From: Octopus vulgaris
Taxonomy: Eukaryota
NCBI GenBank assembly: GCA_951406725.2
Contig: OX597820.1
Location: 60,450,001-60,514,000 of the forward strand
Length of the DNA stretch: 64,000 nucleotides
Reading direction: 5' to 3'
The notes under the pieces are model-generated. The model worked only from the letters and a program-made list of their open reading frames with translations. It was not told the origin of the DNA and did not search any database. Numbering within the stretch: position 1 is the first letter of the stretch; each line of letters starts with the position of its first letter. Shown piece after piece: positions 25,106 through 39,271 of this stretch. The translations under genes and the position numbers were made by a program.

Positions 25106-27270
25106 TCATACCATGCTCCACTTGCTTGGCAGTCTGCCATTTGCAAGAAAGCTCTGGAAGATAATCTGGAGGGGTTTTGCCAGGGCACGCTTACACGATT
25201 TGAGGAGGATTGCTGGGAAACCATCAGGACAAGCAGTTGAGTTTGCGTCCACCTCATCTATGGCTAGTAGTACATCTTCTTCGCTAATGTCGATGTATTC
25301 CATCGTAATTGCCTCGCTAGTTATAGGTGAGGCGGCAAAGAAGTCCACTGGTTAGCTCACTTGTCTGTGGTAAAGACACTTTTGAACTGGTCATTCAGTA
25401 TCTTACTGATCCTAGTTGGACTGTTTGTGAGGGAGCCATCCTTTTGGAAGAGGGGTCCTATTTTGCAGCGTACTGAGGCTGTTTCTTTCGCGTAATGAAA
25501 GAAGGCTTTTGGGTTTGACTTAATGTTTTGTTTCATAACCCAGGCTTATTTGTCTGCTCTCTCCTCACATAGGATTGTTGTAGCCTTTTTTCAATCTCCA
25601 TCAGTGTTGTTTTTAGGTGGGACCTTTCGCTACTTCGGGATGTTGGTTGAGTCGATTTGCAACCTTCGTCTGTCGTCTCATGAGGATCTTCCTCTCCCTT
25701 AGAATCTTGTTCCTATTTGTTTTGGCCTTGTGCTTCGAGACATATTTCTGGCATATGGCTTGCACAACTGACATGAAACATCTAGTCTCATGCCAATGTC
25801 TGGTGTGGGGAGACATTTCGGCCAGTCCTCTCTGAGGATCTCTTTTTGGATCGATTTCCAGTCTGCTTTGTGGAAGTTCAGATTGGAGAGATTTCGGGTG
25901 CTTCCTTTAGGCTGTATGTCTCTGGTTACTTTCGGTCCAAACATAGATAGCTCTATTATGCTGTGATCCGAGACTCATGTCGGCGTCACCTTCACATCAT
26001 GAATGATATCCATATTGTTCGTGAAGCAGAGATCCAGAATTTCATTCGCCCTAGTTGATCCGAGTACAGGGCATTGGTGAGGTTGAGCAGGGACCCCACC
26101 TATGCTTGCTTGCAATGAGTCATTTCTGAGAGCATGAGACCTTCGGGCCATTTGACGTTGGGGAAGTTGAAATCACCCATAATATGGTCAAGTGGTGTTC
26201 CAGTTTCTTTAATTCTTGTGAGGCAATCTTCAAACTTGCCTGTGTGGTTTGGAGCATCAGGTGGGCAATATGTATTGCATATGACTATATTATGTTGTCT
26301 TATGTATACAATTAGAGTGTCACATACTGAATTTGAGTATGACTGTAAGACCTGGGGTGTGAGACCATCACGGATGTATATAGCAACTCCACCATGTCTC
26401 CTTTACCTTCTGTCTGTTCGCAGTATGGCATATTTTGGTACGAGTATTTCTGCATCTTCTATATCAGTGCTGAGGTGAGTTTCCAGGAGTGCTATGCATA
26501 GGGCTTGATTGCATGCAGCAAGGTCTCTCAGGAAAGAAATTTTGCTTTTGTTATGATGCAACAGGCCCCCAATATTTAGTAAAAATATTGGCGGTGCAGG
26601 CGTTAGGGGAGGCCATCCCGTGTCTGTTGACTGTGGTGGTCTTGAGCAATGGTGGGCAAGGTTCCTTGTTTGCGCTTGGTATATTCAGGTCAGCTGCTGC
26701 ATCTTTTGTGCCATGTATAAAAAAAGACTCTTGCTCATCTGCTGCCTTGCGCATAACTTCTTTCGTAAATTTTTTCCTTGAAGACATTTGTTGTCTTTCC
26801 TCAGGGGAGTTTTTCTCCTTAAGGCCTCTTTAGTTTTGGCGGTGTGTCGGGTGGACAAACCGGCAGTTTTTGCTGTCTTTCCCATGCCAACATTTGCCTT
26901 GCAGGTAAAATCTGCAGGTCGTTGAGTGCTTCCAAATTCCTTCTTTCCTGTTGGGTTTTGGATGGCATTGGATCCTCCATGGGGTTTCCTGTTTTTTGCT
27001 TGGTTGGTTGGGGTTTCGGTTTTGGTTGTTTCATTTTTGCCCTTTTCTTTTTCTTCTTTTCCTTCTTTAGATTTGTGTTTGTGTTCCGTCCTTCCTTTTC
27101 TTGTAGCGGGAACTTTTTTCATCTGGTTGTCCAATGGAGTGAGGGCTCCGTTCCTTTGTAAGACCACTGACATACAGGGGCTTCTAGTTGCTGCTTCCTT
27201 GGCTCCCCTATCCTTTTCTGCCTGGTCGTTCACAGGCGTGGGGGATCCATTCTTTTAAGGAAACACTGGA
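25106..27270 (-). mobile_element. Degenerate 5' half of a CR1-group LINE: ORF1-like CCCH zinc finger plus APE endonuclease, ending just before the RT
   Basis: Minus-strand translation gives CRFYLQGKCWHGKDSKNCRFVH (~26850-26916), HGGVAIYI, IMGDFNFP, LDLCFTN, SDHSIIEL, NFHKADW and CPDGFPAILLK...LAKPLQIIFQSFL. Many frameshifts and stops. Confidence 0.88.
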
Positions 27271-27271
27271 T

Positions 27272-28247
<976 letters not shown>

Positions 28248-28264
28248 GCACGCGCGTGTGTGAA

Positions 28265-28760
28265 GGTGTGCCGCTTACTCGTGATCGTAAGATTGAAGTT
28301 TCAATCCCTACTCGGGCCATGCGTTAAATTCTTGAGCAAAACACTTCATTTCACATTGCTCCAGTCCACCTGTTGGCCAAAATGAGTCATCCTGTGACCG
28401 AACAGCGTCTCGTCCAGTGAGAGATTATATTTACGCCTCGTGGTCTGGGAAACCGGTTTTGTTACCTTGTGGCTCGGGAGGATCTTAGATCTTTATTTTT
28501 AATTTTCTTCTTTTTGATAAAATAATCAACCATCTAGTTACTGGTATTCAACGAGTCTCCCTCCTCTCAGAATTGTTAACCTTATGTCTAAATTAGAAAC
28601 TACATATTTCTATTTATTATTAATCAGTTTCCATCTACCAAATCCACTCAAAAAGCTTTGGTCGGCCCGAGGCTATAGTAGAAGACACTTGCCCAAGATA
28701 CCACGCAACGGGACTGAACCCGAAACAATATGGTTGGCAAGCAAGCTACTTACCACACAA

Positions 28761-28762
<2 letters not shown>
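28265..28762. mobile_element. Degenerate SINE C (+, 28265-28490) and SINE B 5' part (-, 28620-28762)
   Basis: Partial matches to the family consensi. Confidence 0.65.
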
Positions 28763-28837
<75 letters not shown>

Positions 28838-28865
28838 TGTATGTATGTATGTATGTATGTATGTA

Positions 28866-28913
<48 letters not shown>
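28763..28913. repeat. (TA)n(TATG)n(TG)n compound microsatellite
   Basis: Directly visible. Confidence 0.95.
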
Positions 28914-28917
<4 letters not shown>

Positions 28918-29451
28918 TAAAATATATACATTCAATCTTTATTAAATATATGTATTTAATGGGAAATATGCTTGGAAAAACCAGATTGTTTTCCTTACTC
29001 TACGTAACAAACTTCACGCTAAAACAATCCTATGAGTTAACGCCAGAAATTTTAAATTGCATTTTTGTGTGACTATAAAATCGATTGTGGAAATTATGTT
29101 GTTGCGATGTAATAGGTAACCTTTCGATCATAAAGTATAGGAAATAATTCATATGCAATTCCATGACCCTAAGTTTATGAAATTCATTCGAACGAATGCG
29201 GACGTGCGCGCGAGCATGTGTGCGTGCGTGCGTGTGTGCGTGTGTGTGTGAGTGTGTGTCTGTGTGTGTGTGTGTGTGTAAATCTACGTTGCAGGCATAC
29301 AAACATGGTAAATTTAACTGCACACACACACACACACATATATATATACATACACATACTTCCAAACACACGCATACACATATAACGAAAACTATATTAT
29401 TAATCTCATAATGTACACTACCGGTTGATCGTGTGTATTTATATATACATG

Positions 29452-29491
<40 letters not shown>

Positions 29492-30606
29492 TCACACACA
29501 CAGGCACACACATACATACATTGCATTTATAAATATATATATATTTATACATTGCATTTATAAATACTGCACACACTCACACAACACACACTTATAAATA
29601 TATAACTTTGCATTTCTTAACACAAATTATGATTTACTAAGAATTAATGCAGTGAGCAAAACGAAGTTTTGAAACAAGACTAGCAAAAGCTAAAATAAAG
29701 CGAGAAATAGTATTCACACACATATGCTTGTCTGCATATATGTATCAGCAAGTGCATTCCACTGCGCTATTACAACCAGTCTGAAGTGTTATTCTGTTAC
29801 ATAGCAGCTGGTTAGAGGAAATATAAATATATATTGCCTCTACTAATCTTGTTTTGGTTCTAACCTCATTATCATGTGATCAGTCAAAAAGATAAACATG
29901 CTCGCTCTATGTATATATGTGTATATTATTAATCTCCGTTCCCTAACAAATTGTGTCAAAATACATCAAAATTTCGTTTAGCTCGGAGTAAAATGATATA
30001 TCATTATAACTATTATTTTACCAGTCACTTAACTTGTTAACTGAAGCTATATATATCATGATTCATTCACTTTTAACTTATTTACTCACAAGTTGTAACT
30101 GTTGCTGCTGGACAATATTTATGTATTCACTTCAATGTTCGCCCATTCCTTTAACCGTTAACAAACCAGTCTGGCTTTAAAAAAAGTCATTAAATTCTTT
30201 GAGAGTGTAAAAACTCCACAGTATCTACATGGTGGTATTGTTTATGAAGTATTTGAACAGGAAGTGAGTTTCAAGATATATTAAGCTGCGTTATTGTTGA
30301 AGATAAGAAATGTGACAACTTCTTCGCACTGCTTTATGCAAAACAATTACAAAAATGTGAAAATATTTGTCAGTACTCAATGTACACACTCACCAGTTAT
30401 TTTGCATTTGTTGTTATTTATGCTCTCTACATCATGTAATTTATTTTTAAAGCAAATATCGTTTTATGATCTCTATTTGATTTAATCAAACACTTTTTCG
30501 AACACTTATTTTGCGAAAGAAGGAAGAAAACACGTTTTGGAACGCGGAAGTTTACATTAACTTTTAACCCTCAACTGAAGCTGGGCCCTGAGAACCTTAT
30601 TTGACA

Positions 30607-31008
30607 ATGGAAAAACATTTACAAAGCAAAACCTCCTGGGATGTAGGCAAAACTGCTGAAGCTAATCTATATTCTTCGAATGGATATTGTTGTGTGTGTT
30701 TCGGTGCATTCTTTGGAGCCTTCGTCGGGACAATTATGACTGCTATAGGAGTGTGCCTTATTTTAAACCATGAGTACCAAATATCTAGCTTATTACCAAA
30801 CACATTATCATCTTTCAAAAATATTCAACTGATTGGACTAATTATCTTGTGTTCTGGATTACTTATATTCTCAATTAGTTTAGTTATTAGTTGTGTATTT
30901 TTGATGTTTGGAAAACCAGAAATTTTTATGTGTACGAAGGAAAACGATTACCCTTATGTAACTCTTCCACAAGGTACCCCACCTCCTGCAGAATCGCAAG
31001 AAACGTAA
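30607..31008 (+). CDS. Candidate nested single-exon gene: 133-aa protein with two transmembrane helices
   Basis: ACAATGG start context, in-frame TGA upstream at 30589, uninterrupted 402-nt ORF in non-repetitive DNA. Two hydrophobic segments (CCVCFGAFFGAFVGTIMTAIGVCLIL; IQLIGLIILCSGLLIFSISLVISCVFLMF) and a polar Pro-rich tail. Confidence 0.7.
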   Translation: MEKHLQSKTSWDVGKTAEANLYSSNGYCCVCFGAFFGAFVGTIMTAIGVCLILNHEYQISSLLPNTLSSFKNIQLIGLIILCSGLLIFSISLVISCVFLMFGKPEIFMCTKENDYPYVTLPQGTPPPAESQET

Positions 31009-31364
31009 TATCTTTTAACAAACGTGAACGGCCACACTCTTTGGCGGAAGATTATAAATTATTATAGTCGGTTACCTCACCTCGTTTCTTGACTGCGACC
31101 TTGTAAAGAATGAATGACAAACTCGACCTTGGCGTAATTCGATATGTGAACGTAAAGGCCGAATTGAGTAATATTCCGTTTTTTTTTTTTTTATATGATA
31201 ATGTTTATTTCACATTGTTAATGATAAAAATAATTATATTTTTGTACAAACTTCATTTCAAATTATTCTTTCTGAAGCATGCATCTAAATATTTATAATC
31301 TCACTGAAAAATGCAACAAGTTCATTTGAAAAAAATAATCATATAAACATTATTTTTCAGCGGT

Positions 31365-31765
31365 AAGACGGCTAGCTGGCAGAAACGTTAACACGCCGAG
31401 CGAAATGCGTAGCCGTATTTCGTCTGCCGTTACGTTCTGAGTTCAAATTCCGCCGAGGTCGACTTTGCCTTTCATCCTTTCGGGGTCGATAAATTAAGTA
31501 CCAGCTACGCACTGGGGTCGATGTAATCGACTTAATCCGTTTGTCTGTCCTTGTTTGTCCCCTCTGTGTTTAGCCCCTTGTGGGTAGTTAAGAAATAGGT
31601 ATTTCGTTTGTCTTCACGTTCTGAGTTCAAATGCAGCCGGGGTTGACTTTGCTTTTCACCCTTTCGGGATCGATAAATTAAGTACCAGTTACGCACTGGG
31701 GTAGATGTAATCGACTCATCCCCTTTTCCCAAATTCCAGGCCTTGTATCTACAGTAGGAAGGATT
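31365..31765 (+). mobile_element. SINE A, tandem dimer
   Basis: Two consensus units, low divergence. Confidence 0.87.
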
Positions 31766-32439
31766 GTTTTTCAGCGGAAATCTATCACTTTTACAGCATG
31801 TTACCTATGTTTTATATTCTCTTGTTTTAAACAATCGAACAACTGTCTCATCAACCCATTTTATTAACATATTTACGTTTCGAAACAGTTATTCTCGATG
31901 GGAAGTTTGAAGAAGTGTAAATTTTTCATTGATATATCATGTCCCCATCACAGCATGGCCCGTTGCAGACCATCCGCAGCAGATCGCTATTTCCATCCAT
32001 CGCCACTAAGCTACTTTACTGTTTACATACATACAATGGGCCAAAATAAACCTGACGATCACTTATCGTTTCAATTATACAACACTCATATATTCATGTT
32101 AATAGACTTTGATATGTCAAGAACGAGAAGAAAATCATTTTTATTTACATTATCATTTATCATTATCCTGTTTATTAATTTTACCACAGGTAAATTAAAT
32201 CAGATTAAATAAACGAAACACGTTTCCATTGTGTGACCAAAAACTTTGTACACTAGGGAATAATAAATTAGGAATGAAATAACTTTTTGAAACATACTCG
32301 TGTGTATTCATGAATTCGCTTTCTCTCATAGACGCAAGGTTCTGAGTAATAAATAAGTAGTAATCTGATTAGTTGAATGATTAATTCACTATGCAGTAGC
32401 ACGAGGCAAATGCACGGGGGAAAGAAAAAACTTATTTTT

Positions 32440-32649
32440 TTCTTATTTCAGTCACTAGACTGTAGCCATGCCAGGAATTTTAGACGAATGAATCGACCTC
32501 AGTAGTTTTTTTCTTTCTGTTTTTTTTTTCAAGCCTGGTACTAAATCTTTCAGTCTCTTTTGCCGAACCATTAATTTACGAGAACGTAAACACACCAGCA
32601 CCGGTTGTCAAGCAGTGGTGGGGGACTAACATTGACACACACACACACA

Positions 32650-32748
<99 letters not shown>

Positions 32749-32778
32749 ACACACACACACAAGCACACACACACACAT

Positions 32779-32872
<94 letters not shown>

Positions 32873-32955
32873 AACATTAATTTACGAGAACGTAAACACA
32901 CCAGCACCGGTTGTCAAGCAGTGGTGGGGGACTAACATTGGCACACACACACGCA

Positions 32956-32996
<41 letters not shown>

Positions 32997-33030
32997 GCAC
33001 ACAGAGACAGACAGACAGACAGACAGAAGT
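32440..33030 (-). repeat. SINE B fragment with a tandemly duplicated ~65-bp segment and long (CA)n arrays
   Basis: cattaatttacgagaacgtaaacacaccagcaccgg...actaacattg occurs at ~32569 and ~32875, each followed by (CA)n. Confidence 0.8.
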
Positions 33031-33484
33031 GCCAACGCACAAAAGGTCTCGGCCTTTGTGTTATCCTGTTGCTTCTGCTAAATATTAATAAAAATATACA
33101 TATATTAGAATACTAAGTTCTATTTTTCCTGCTTGCATATATTGGCGAATTTCAGAAAGCATGGAAATTTTGAAGGATGTAGTGTCCCGACAGTTAACAA
33201 CTGATACGAGTAGTTTATTCCATGCTTCACCAATTCTGAGCGTGGTCGCCCAATTTCACACCGCTGCCTGGCACCCTGTGTGCTTTTAGCGGAGTTCACT
33301 CTGTTGCGAGCATTAGGACTATAGGCTTCCGGTTCGAAAATTCCTTCCTTCCATTCGTCTCAGAGGTCCTGTAATGTATTATAATCACCGTCTTGACTGA
33401 ATGGTAAAAAGAAATATCAAATACTTTTAGGTCGCTAAGTTGATGGTTGCGTTCAAACCGACCTGGAAAATGAAAAGTCTCTCT

Positions 33485-33676
33485 TACGTGCTTCAGTCAA
33501 TGGACTATAGCCATGCTGAGGCATCACCTTGGAAGGTTTTAATAGGACAGATCAATAATTTTTTTCGAAGTCTGGTACTTATTCTGTTAGACACTTTTGT
33601 CGTACCTCTCAGTTATGGGCACGTAAACAAACCAACCTGTTGTCAGGCGGTAGAGGGGACAAACACAAAGGCACAG

Positions 33677-33723
<47 letters not shown>

Positions 33724-33892
33724 AACGACAGGCTTCCGCACAGTTTTCGTCAATCAAATTCACCCATAAGACATTGGTCAATCCGGGGCTCCAGTAGAAG
33801 AAACTTGCCCAACATGCTGTGTAGTGGAACCGAACCTGAAATCACGTGATTGCAAATCCGGCTTTTAACCACACAGGCATGCCCGCGCCTAT
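33485..33892 (-). mobile_element. Degenerate SINE B
   Basis: Diverged reverse-complement match with internal (CA)n. Confidence 0.7.
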
Positions 33893-35842
33893 GGCCAAAT
33901 TATCGACGAAATATTATTATCTTGTATGGTTTTAAATTATAACAATAGCCAGTTAGATCAAATACATTACTGGACTGTTGTCGCAAGAATTGCGAGATCG
34001 AATCAGCTATAGAACCTGCCTGTGTTACTGTACTGGGCGCTTAATTTTTTTAAATGGCTATTTATCTAAAGTACATGTCTATGTGCAAGACAACTCCCAG
34101 AATTTCCACGTTTTGAGCTATACTTGCAGTATAAGAATAATCAGATTACAAGAGTTGGATTTGGTTTAGCATATGAGGATTTTCCATAAGACAGACGCAC
34201 GTGTTATTTGTATGTTTTAATATACGTTGAACCAAATCCAATACTATGTAGCACAAGTTTTGTCCTTGCGTAGTAACTGTTATTTCGTATTTGCTTACGC
34301 CTAGAAAGTATGAAAAAGGACTAATATTTCCTTCAAAGTTTGGTTTTGCTACATTTATTCAAACATCAGAGAATCCCTTTCATTACATGGCTATGACGCT
34401 CCCCTATTACTCCTGCTCATGATCAAAGATGCACATATCAGCCACTAAGGGTTATGGTCGAGTGGTTAAGGTAAAGCAATTGACAAGCAAATCTGTGGTA
34501 CTGAGCAGAATGTTTGCTACGACGATAGTTCTGCTTCAGCAACTCAGTGCTGAATCTATGTGAAATGTAATGGAAAATAGGTCAGTTTCAAAACATTGAT
34601 GTCCAGATCACAAAAACAAAGTTTGAAGGAAATAGAAGTCATTACTTTTGATGTCTAGATAGAAGAAAAATACGAAATAACATTTACTGACCAAAGACAA
34701 AAGAAAAAAAATATTTTTGTTACACAATGTAATACTAAACACACTTATGCAACTCTATCTTAGCCAGTGGCATAGCTAGAGTGTGTGGTGCTCGGGACAG
34801 CCCTTGAGTATTCCTCCCACCACCTTCGCCATACACCTAACATAGGCTCATGTAGCCGACCCAAAATTGACTCCCTCACAAAATCGTCATCCAAAGCCGA
34901 CTGTTCTACCTCACCCCTCCATCTACGCTATAGGTTTTGGCCATTAAAATTTAGGTCGATTCGTTTCAAATAATGACAAAACACTGTTTGTTACTATCAT
35001 AGCTTGCATCATATGAGTCCGGCTGATGTCGTTCAAATTACTCGAGACAGCACCAAAGCATCAGTTATTTGACAGGAACTGACTAGGAGTGGTGTATAAT
35101 TCTATCATTCATTTGGAGTGGTTGTATAAATGAACTAATAAGTATGTATAACATTGTACTGTAAATTAATAAACTTCTCCTTATCCGGTTCTCAAATAAC
35201 TGTAACTGTCAAGCAACTGATAGCCAGAAAAATGCGTTGATTAGAGTCAGGAGAATTTATGGTAATTTATGTTAATTAATCAATTATACTTAAAAAGGAG
35301 AAAATTTCCTACTGTGTCTAAAATGGATCGTTGCTGCTCAGAGTACTGTACTATTTTAATCTATTGCATTTACAGTTACTGTAGGTTAATAAATCTTCTT
35401 AAATTCTATTTATTTATTTCTATCCCTCTCATCTCTGCTTTATTCAGAATATTAACGACAATACTGATGCATATATATATATATGTAGTTTCAATGAATT
35501 ATGTAAAGTGCTATGGTAATTTAAAAGGTGATGGTCAGATATCCAGAAAATCCAGTTATCCGGCAATTCTTTGGTTCCAGTGGTACTGGATAGAAGGGAA
35601 TACACTGTATTTTAGAAATGTTGCAATACAGTACACAGTAGATATTTTCGTTATTTCGCAAATACTGTCTTGCATCTTGGGATCACACAATAATTTTACT
35701 GTTAGGATTTTGGAATTAGTGTTTAAGATGATTCCTGGTTTGGAGTTCTTTATGCTTTAAGCTTCAAGTTCTATTCCAAACACCGACATATACGGTAACG
35801 GTGGAAAAAGCAGATTTTATTGTAAATATTACTTGTGATATA

Positions 35843-36396
35843 TTGGGCTGTCCGGAAAGTTCGTGCTGATTTTTAAAAGAAAGGAAAAGGTCAATAAATA
35901 CTGGCCATTACATTTTTAATCAACCAAATATGAACCATTTTGTTGCACAATGCGTCTCCATCTTTCCTTTAACTTGAAAATACCCTCTTCCCAGAATTGG
36001 GGTGGTTTCATGGCAAAGAATTCATCAAGGTATCTTTTTACGTCATCCAAGGAATTGAAATTTTTACCATTAAGACTATTCTGCAGAGACCTGAATAAGT
36101 GGAAATCCGAAGGAGCAATATCTGGTGAATATGGAGGGTGGGGTAACACATCCTAGCCAAGCTGTAGCAATTTTTGCCTTGTTCCCAAAGTTTCAAGTGC
36201 TGAAAATGAACTTTCTTATCTTCCATTTTAAAGGGTTACAGACTTAATACAGGTTATAGGAACATAAATCTTCTTCCGCGAAAAGACAGCCTAAACTGTG
36301 CCCTAAATGGAGGTGTAGTGAAATCCTATTTTATGTTCTAAAATAAGTCGAAAGGTAAGCTACTATAAATCGGCGCGAACTTTCCGAACAACCCAA
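35843..36396 (-). mobile_element. Internally deleted mariner element
   Basis: TA-flanked TIRs TTGGGCTGTCCGGAAAGTTCG and CGAACTTTCCGAACAACCCAA; transposase C-terminus HPPYSPDIAPSDFHLFRSLQN...GIFKLKERW...NGSY. Confidence 0.92.
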
Positions 36397-36972
36397 TACC
36401 AACACCATCTTCAGAAAGAGATTTGTCTCATTCTGTAATGTTACAAAAACCGAGTAAAGTCCAAGCTTTATAAAAATCATCAAATATGTGAAATGTTTTG
36501 TTCTAGTTAAAGGCTTAAATTCAAACATGGAAAATGCATATACATTACATTATATCACTATTCATGGCAAGCTAACCTTGAAAAGGCTCAGTTCTCAAAA
36601 ATATAAGCAAAATTCAGTTCATCAGCACTGACATATCAAAACTTAGCAAGTTTAACAATTGACCTATATTGGTTATATTGGTCTAAATTTTGACTGGCAT
36701 GTTTCATAGACAACAACAAATGCATATGTTGTTATAAGTTAAGCAACAAAATTATACAGGCTCCGATGTACAAATAAGTTGTTTTTCTAAATTCCAATGA
36801 TTTCAACACGGTCTCAACTCGAATCATAGAATTATTTTTCTTTGTTTCATTTGACATAAAGAATATTCTCTATGATGTTATGTATTTTGATAACCCCAAT
36901 ACGTTTGTCGTGCCTAGCAAGTGATTTGGTAGACAGAAACCGAGTGGAAACCCCTCGTGTATGTATGTATAG

Positions 36973-37023
<51 letters not shown>

Positions 37024-37151
37024 GTGTGTGTGTTTGTGTTAATGTTTGTTTTTATATTCGGTTATAATAAAAACAATTTTACATTAATCTGATGAGTTAC
37101 TCTATACTTTTGTACAGTACAAATTTATAAATCTTAAACATGAATATATAT

Positions 37152-37202
<51 letters not shown>

Positions 37203-37204
<2 letters not shown>

Positions 37205-37443
37205 GATCGCCATGTTGATTCGCTAGCCTCTGCACGCATTTTTTTCTCTCCTTCTTTCTGTGTTTCTTCTCTGTGTATCTTTCTGTTGAAGAGCGTAGGC
37301 TCGAAACGTTAAAGACTTGTTTTATTTATATTTCCTGAGCGCCATACTAATACAATTGTTTGTTTGTATTCCACCTGCCTTCGTCTTTTGTTTATTTCCG
37401 TAAACCTGCCTTCGTCTTTTGTCTATTTTCATAAAGCTTCCCG

Positions 37444-37445
<2 letters not shown>
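37203..37445 (+). mobile_element. Non-coding (TA)n-embedded repeat, probably a Penelope-type terminal repeat, with a degenerate hammerhead-like core
   Basis: Related copies at 37494-37671 (-) and 58797-58980 (-); carries tTGAAGAgcgtaggctcGAAAcgtt. Confidence 0.6.
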
Positions 37446-37493
<48 letters not shown>

Positions 37494-37497
<4 letters not shown>

Positions 37498-37666
37498 AGA
37501 GAATTCACGAAAAAAACAAAAGACAAAGGCAGGTGGCGTAGAAAACAAACGGATGTATTAGTATAACGCTCGGGAAGTGAAAAAGTCTTTTACGTTTCGA
37601 CCCTACGCTCTTCCACAGAAAGGAACACAGAAAGAAACAAGGAGAGAAAAAATGTGTGTAGTGGCT

Positions 37667-37671
<5 letters not shown>
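37494..37671 (-). mobile_element. Inverted second copy of the 37203 repeat family
   Basis: Reverse complement aligns with 37203-37445; flanked by (TA)n on both sides. Confidence 0.65.
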
Positions 37672-37720
<49 letters not shown>

Positions 37721-37724
<4 letters not shown>

Positions 37725-39271
37725 AACTTCCAAGGGGACTGAAGGAAGGTAAAATATGCCCTATTCATAAAGGAGGTAGCAGAGCGGAGGCAAAGAACTA
37801 CAGACCTATCTCTCTGACCTCACACATCAGCAAGGTCATGGAACGAATAGTCAGAAGGAAACTAATCACCTTCCTTGAAGAAAATGACTTGCTGCCTGAC
37901 ACCCAACATGGTTTCCGACCAGGAAGAAGCTGCTTAACTCAGCTCCTGCAGCACTATGACTGGGTGCTGAAACAACTGCTCAACCACTCAAATGTGGAAG
38001 TCATATATCTCGACTTCGCAAAGGCCTTCGATAAAGTCGATCACGGAATGATATGTCACAGGCTGCGTGATCTTGGCATAGTTGGAAAACTAGGAGAATG
38101 GCTTCACGACTTTCTGAAGAATAGAAGTCAGGTGGTAGTAGCCAATGGGGCCACTTCCATTAACACGCAAATAATGAGTGGTGTTCCACAGGGCACTGTT
38201 TTGGGACCACTACTGTTCATAATGGCCCTCTCAGACATGCCCTCAGCCACGCAGAGATCCACGATCACAAGTTATGCAGATGATACAAAAGTTTCACAGG
38301 CAATACAGAACCCTGAGGACACTAAAAACCTGCAATGTGAGCTGGACGAAATATACAAGTGGGCTGAAAAGAATAGCATGCAGTTCAATGCTGGAAAGTT
38401 TCAAGCTTTATACTATCAGCATGCAAAACTGAATGCAATACCCAATGAATACACTGGACCCGGAGGGATTGCAATCCCAGAGGCACAATCAGTGCGTGAC
38501 CTGGGTATTCACATGAGTGATGACGCGACCTTTCACGTACATGTTGCTAAACTGACAGTGAAATGTAGACGGCTGGCTGGCTGGATTCTTAGAACCTTTA
38601 GAACAAGAGAACAAGAAACCATGATGGTCCTCTGGAAGACACTTGTCCTAAGCCACTTTGACTATTGCTCTCAGCTATGGTCACCATCCAGTGTCAAGTT
38701 GATCACAGAACTTGAGGCGATCCAACGAAGCTACACAAAGAAGATAGCCTCTATGCAGAATGTAAGCTACTGGGAAAGACTCAAGAGATTAAAATTATAC
38801 TCCCTGGAGCGTAGGCGGGAAAGATATGCCATAATATACATCTGGAAGATCCTGGAGGGAAGTGTCCTGAACTTTGGCATCGAGAGTTACACAAATGCCA
38901 GAACTGGGCGCCACTGCGTGGTGCCTAGGACTCAAACCTGCCATCAAGATGTAGGACAAGATTCTGTGATAGCCTGGGCTTCCGAGGCCCACAGCTCTTC
39001 AATATCCTCCCGAAGAACCTGAGAGACCTGCATGGGGTGGATACAGATGTCTTTAAAATGAAGCTGGATCTCTTCCTGTCAGGTGTCCCAGATGAACCAA
39101 CTTCACGGCAGGAGGGGCAGATGAGGGCAGCTGCATCGAACTCTCTCATGCACCAAATAGCAGTTGCTAGAAAGCCCCATGAAGTAAAACCAAGTAGCAA
39201 CACCAAATGGCGGTGCCCCAGCATGGCCACAGCTCATGGGCTGGAACTGGAATCAATCAATCAATCAATCA

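Noticed and set aside
32569-32945. Exact duplication of a SINE segment as a distinct functional repeat
   Set aside because: Near-identical copies bracketed by long (CA)n are explained by slippage, unequal exchange or an assembly error.
35269-35760. 163-aa hydrophobic ORF (likewise 55223-55717)
   Set aside because: No recognisable motif, composition expected from AT-rich DNA, and the first overlaps what looks like a decayed DNA-transposon end.
37089-37140. CTGATGAG hammerhead-like start (also CTGATGA at ~7502 and ~10802)
   Set aside because: No downstream stem II/GAAA/UH arrangement; expected by chance.
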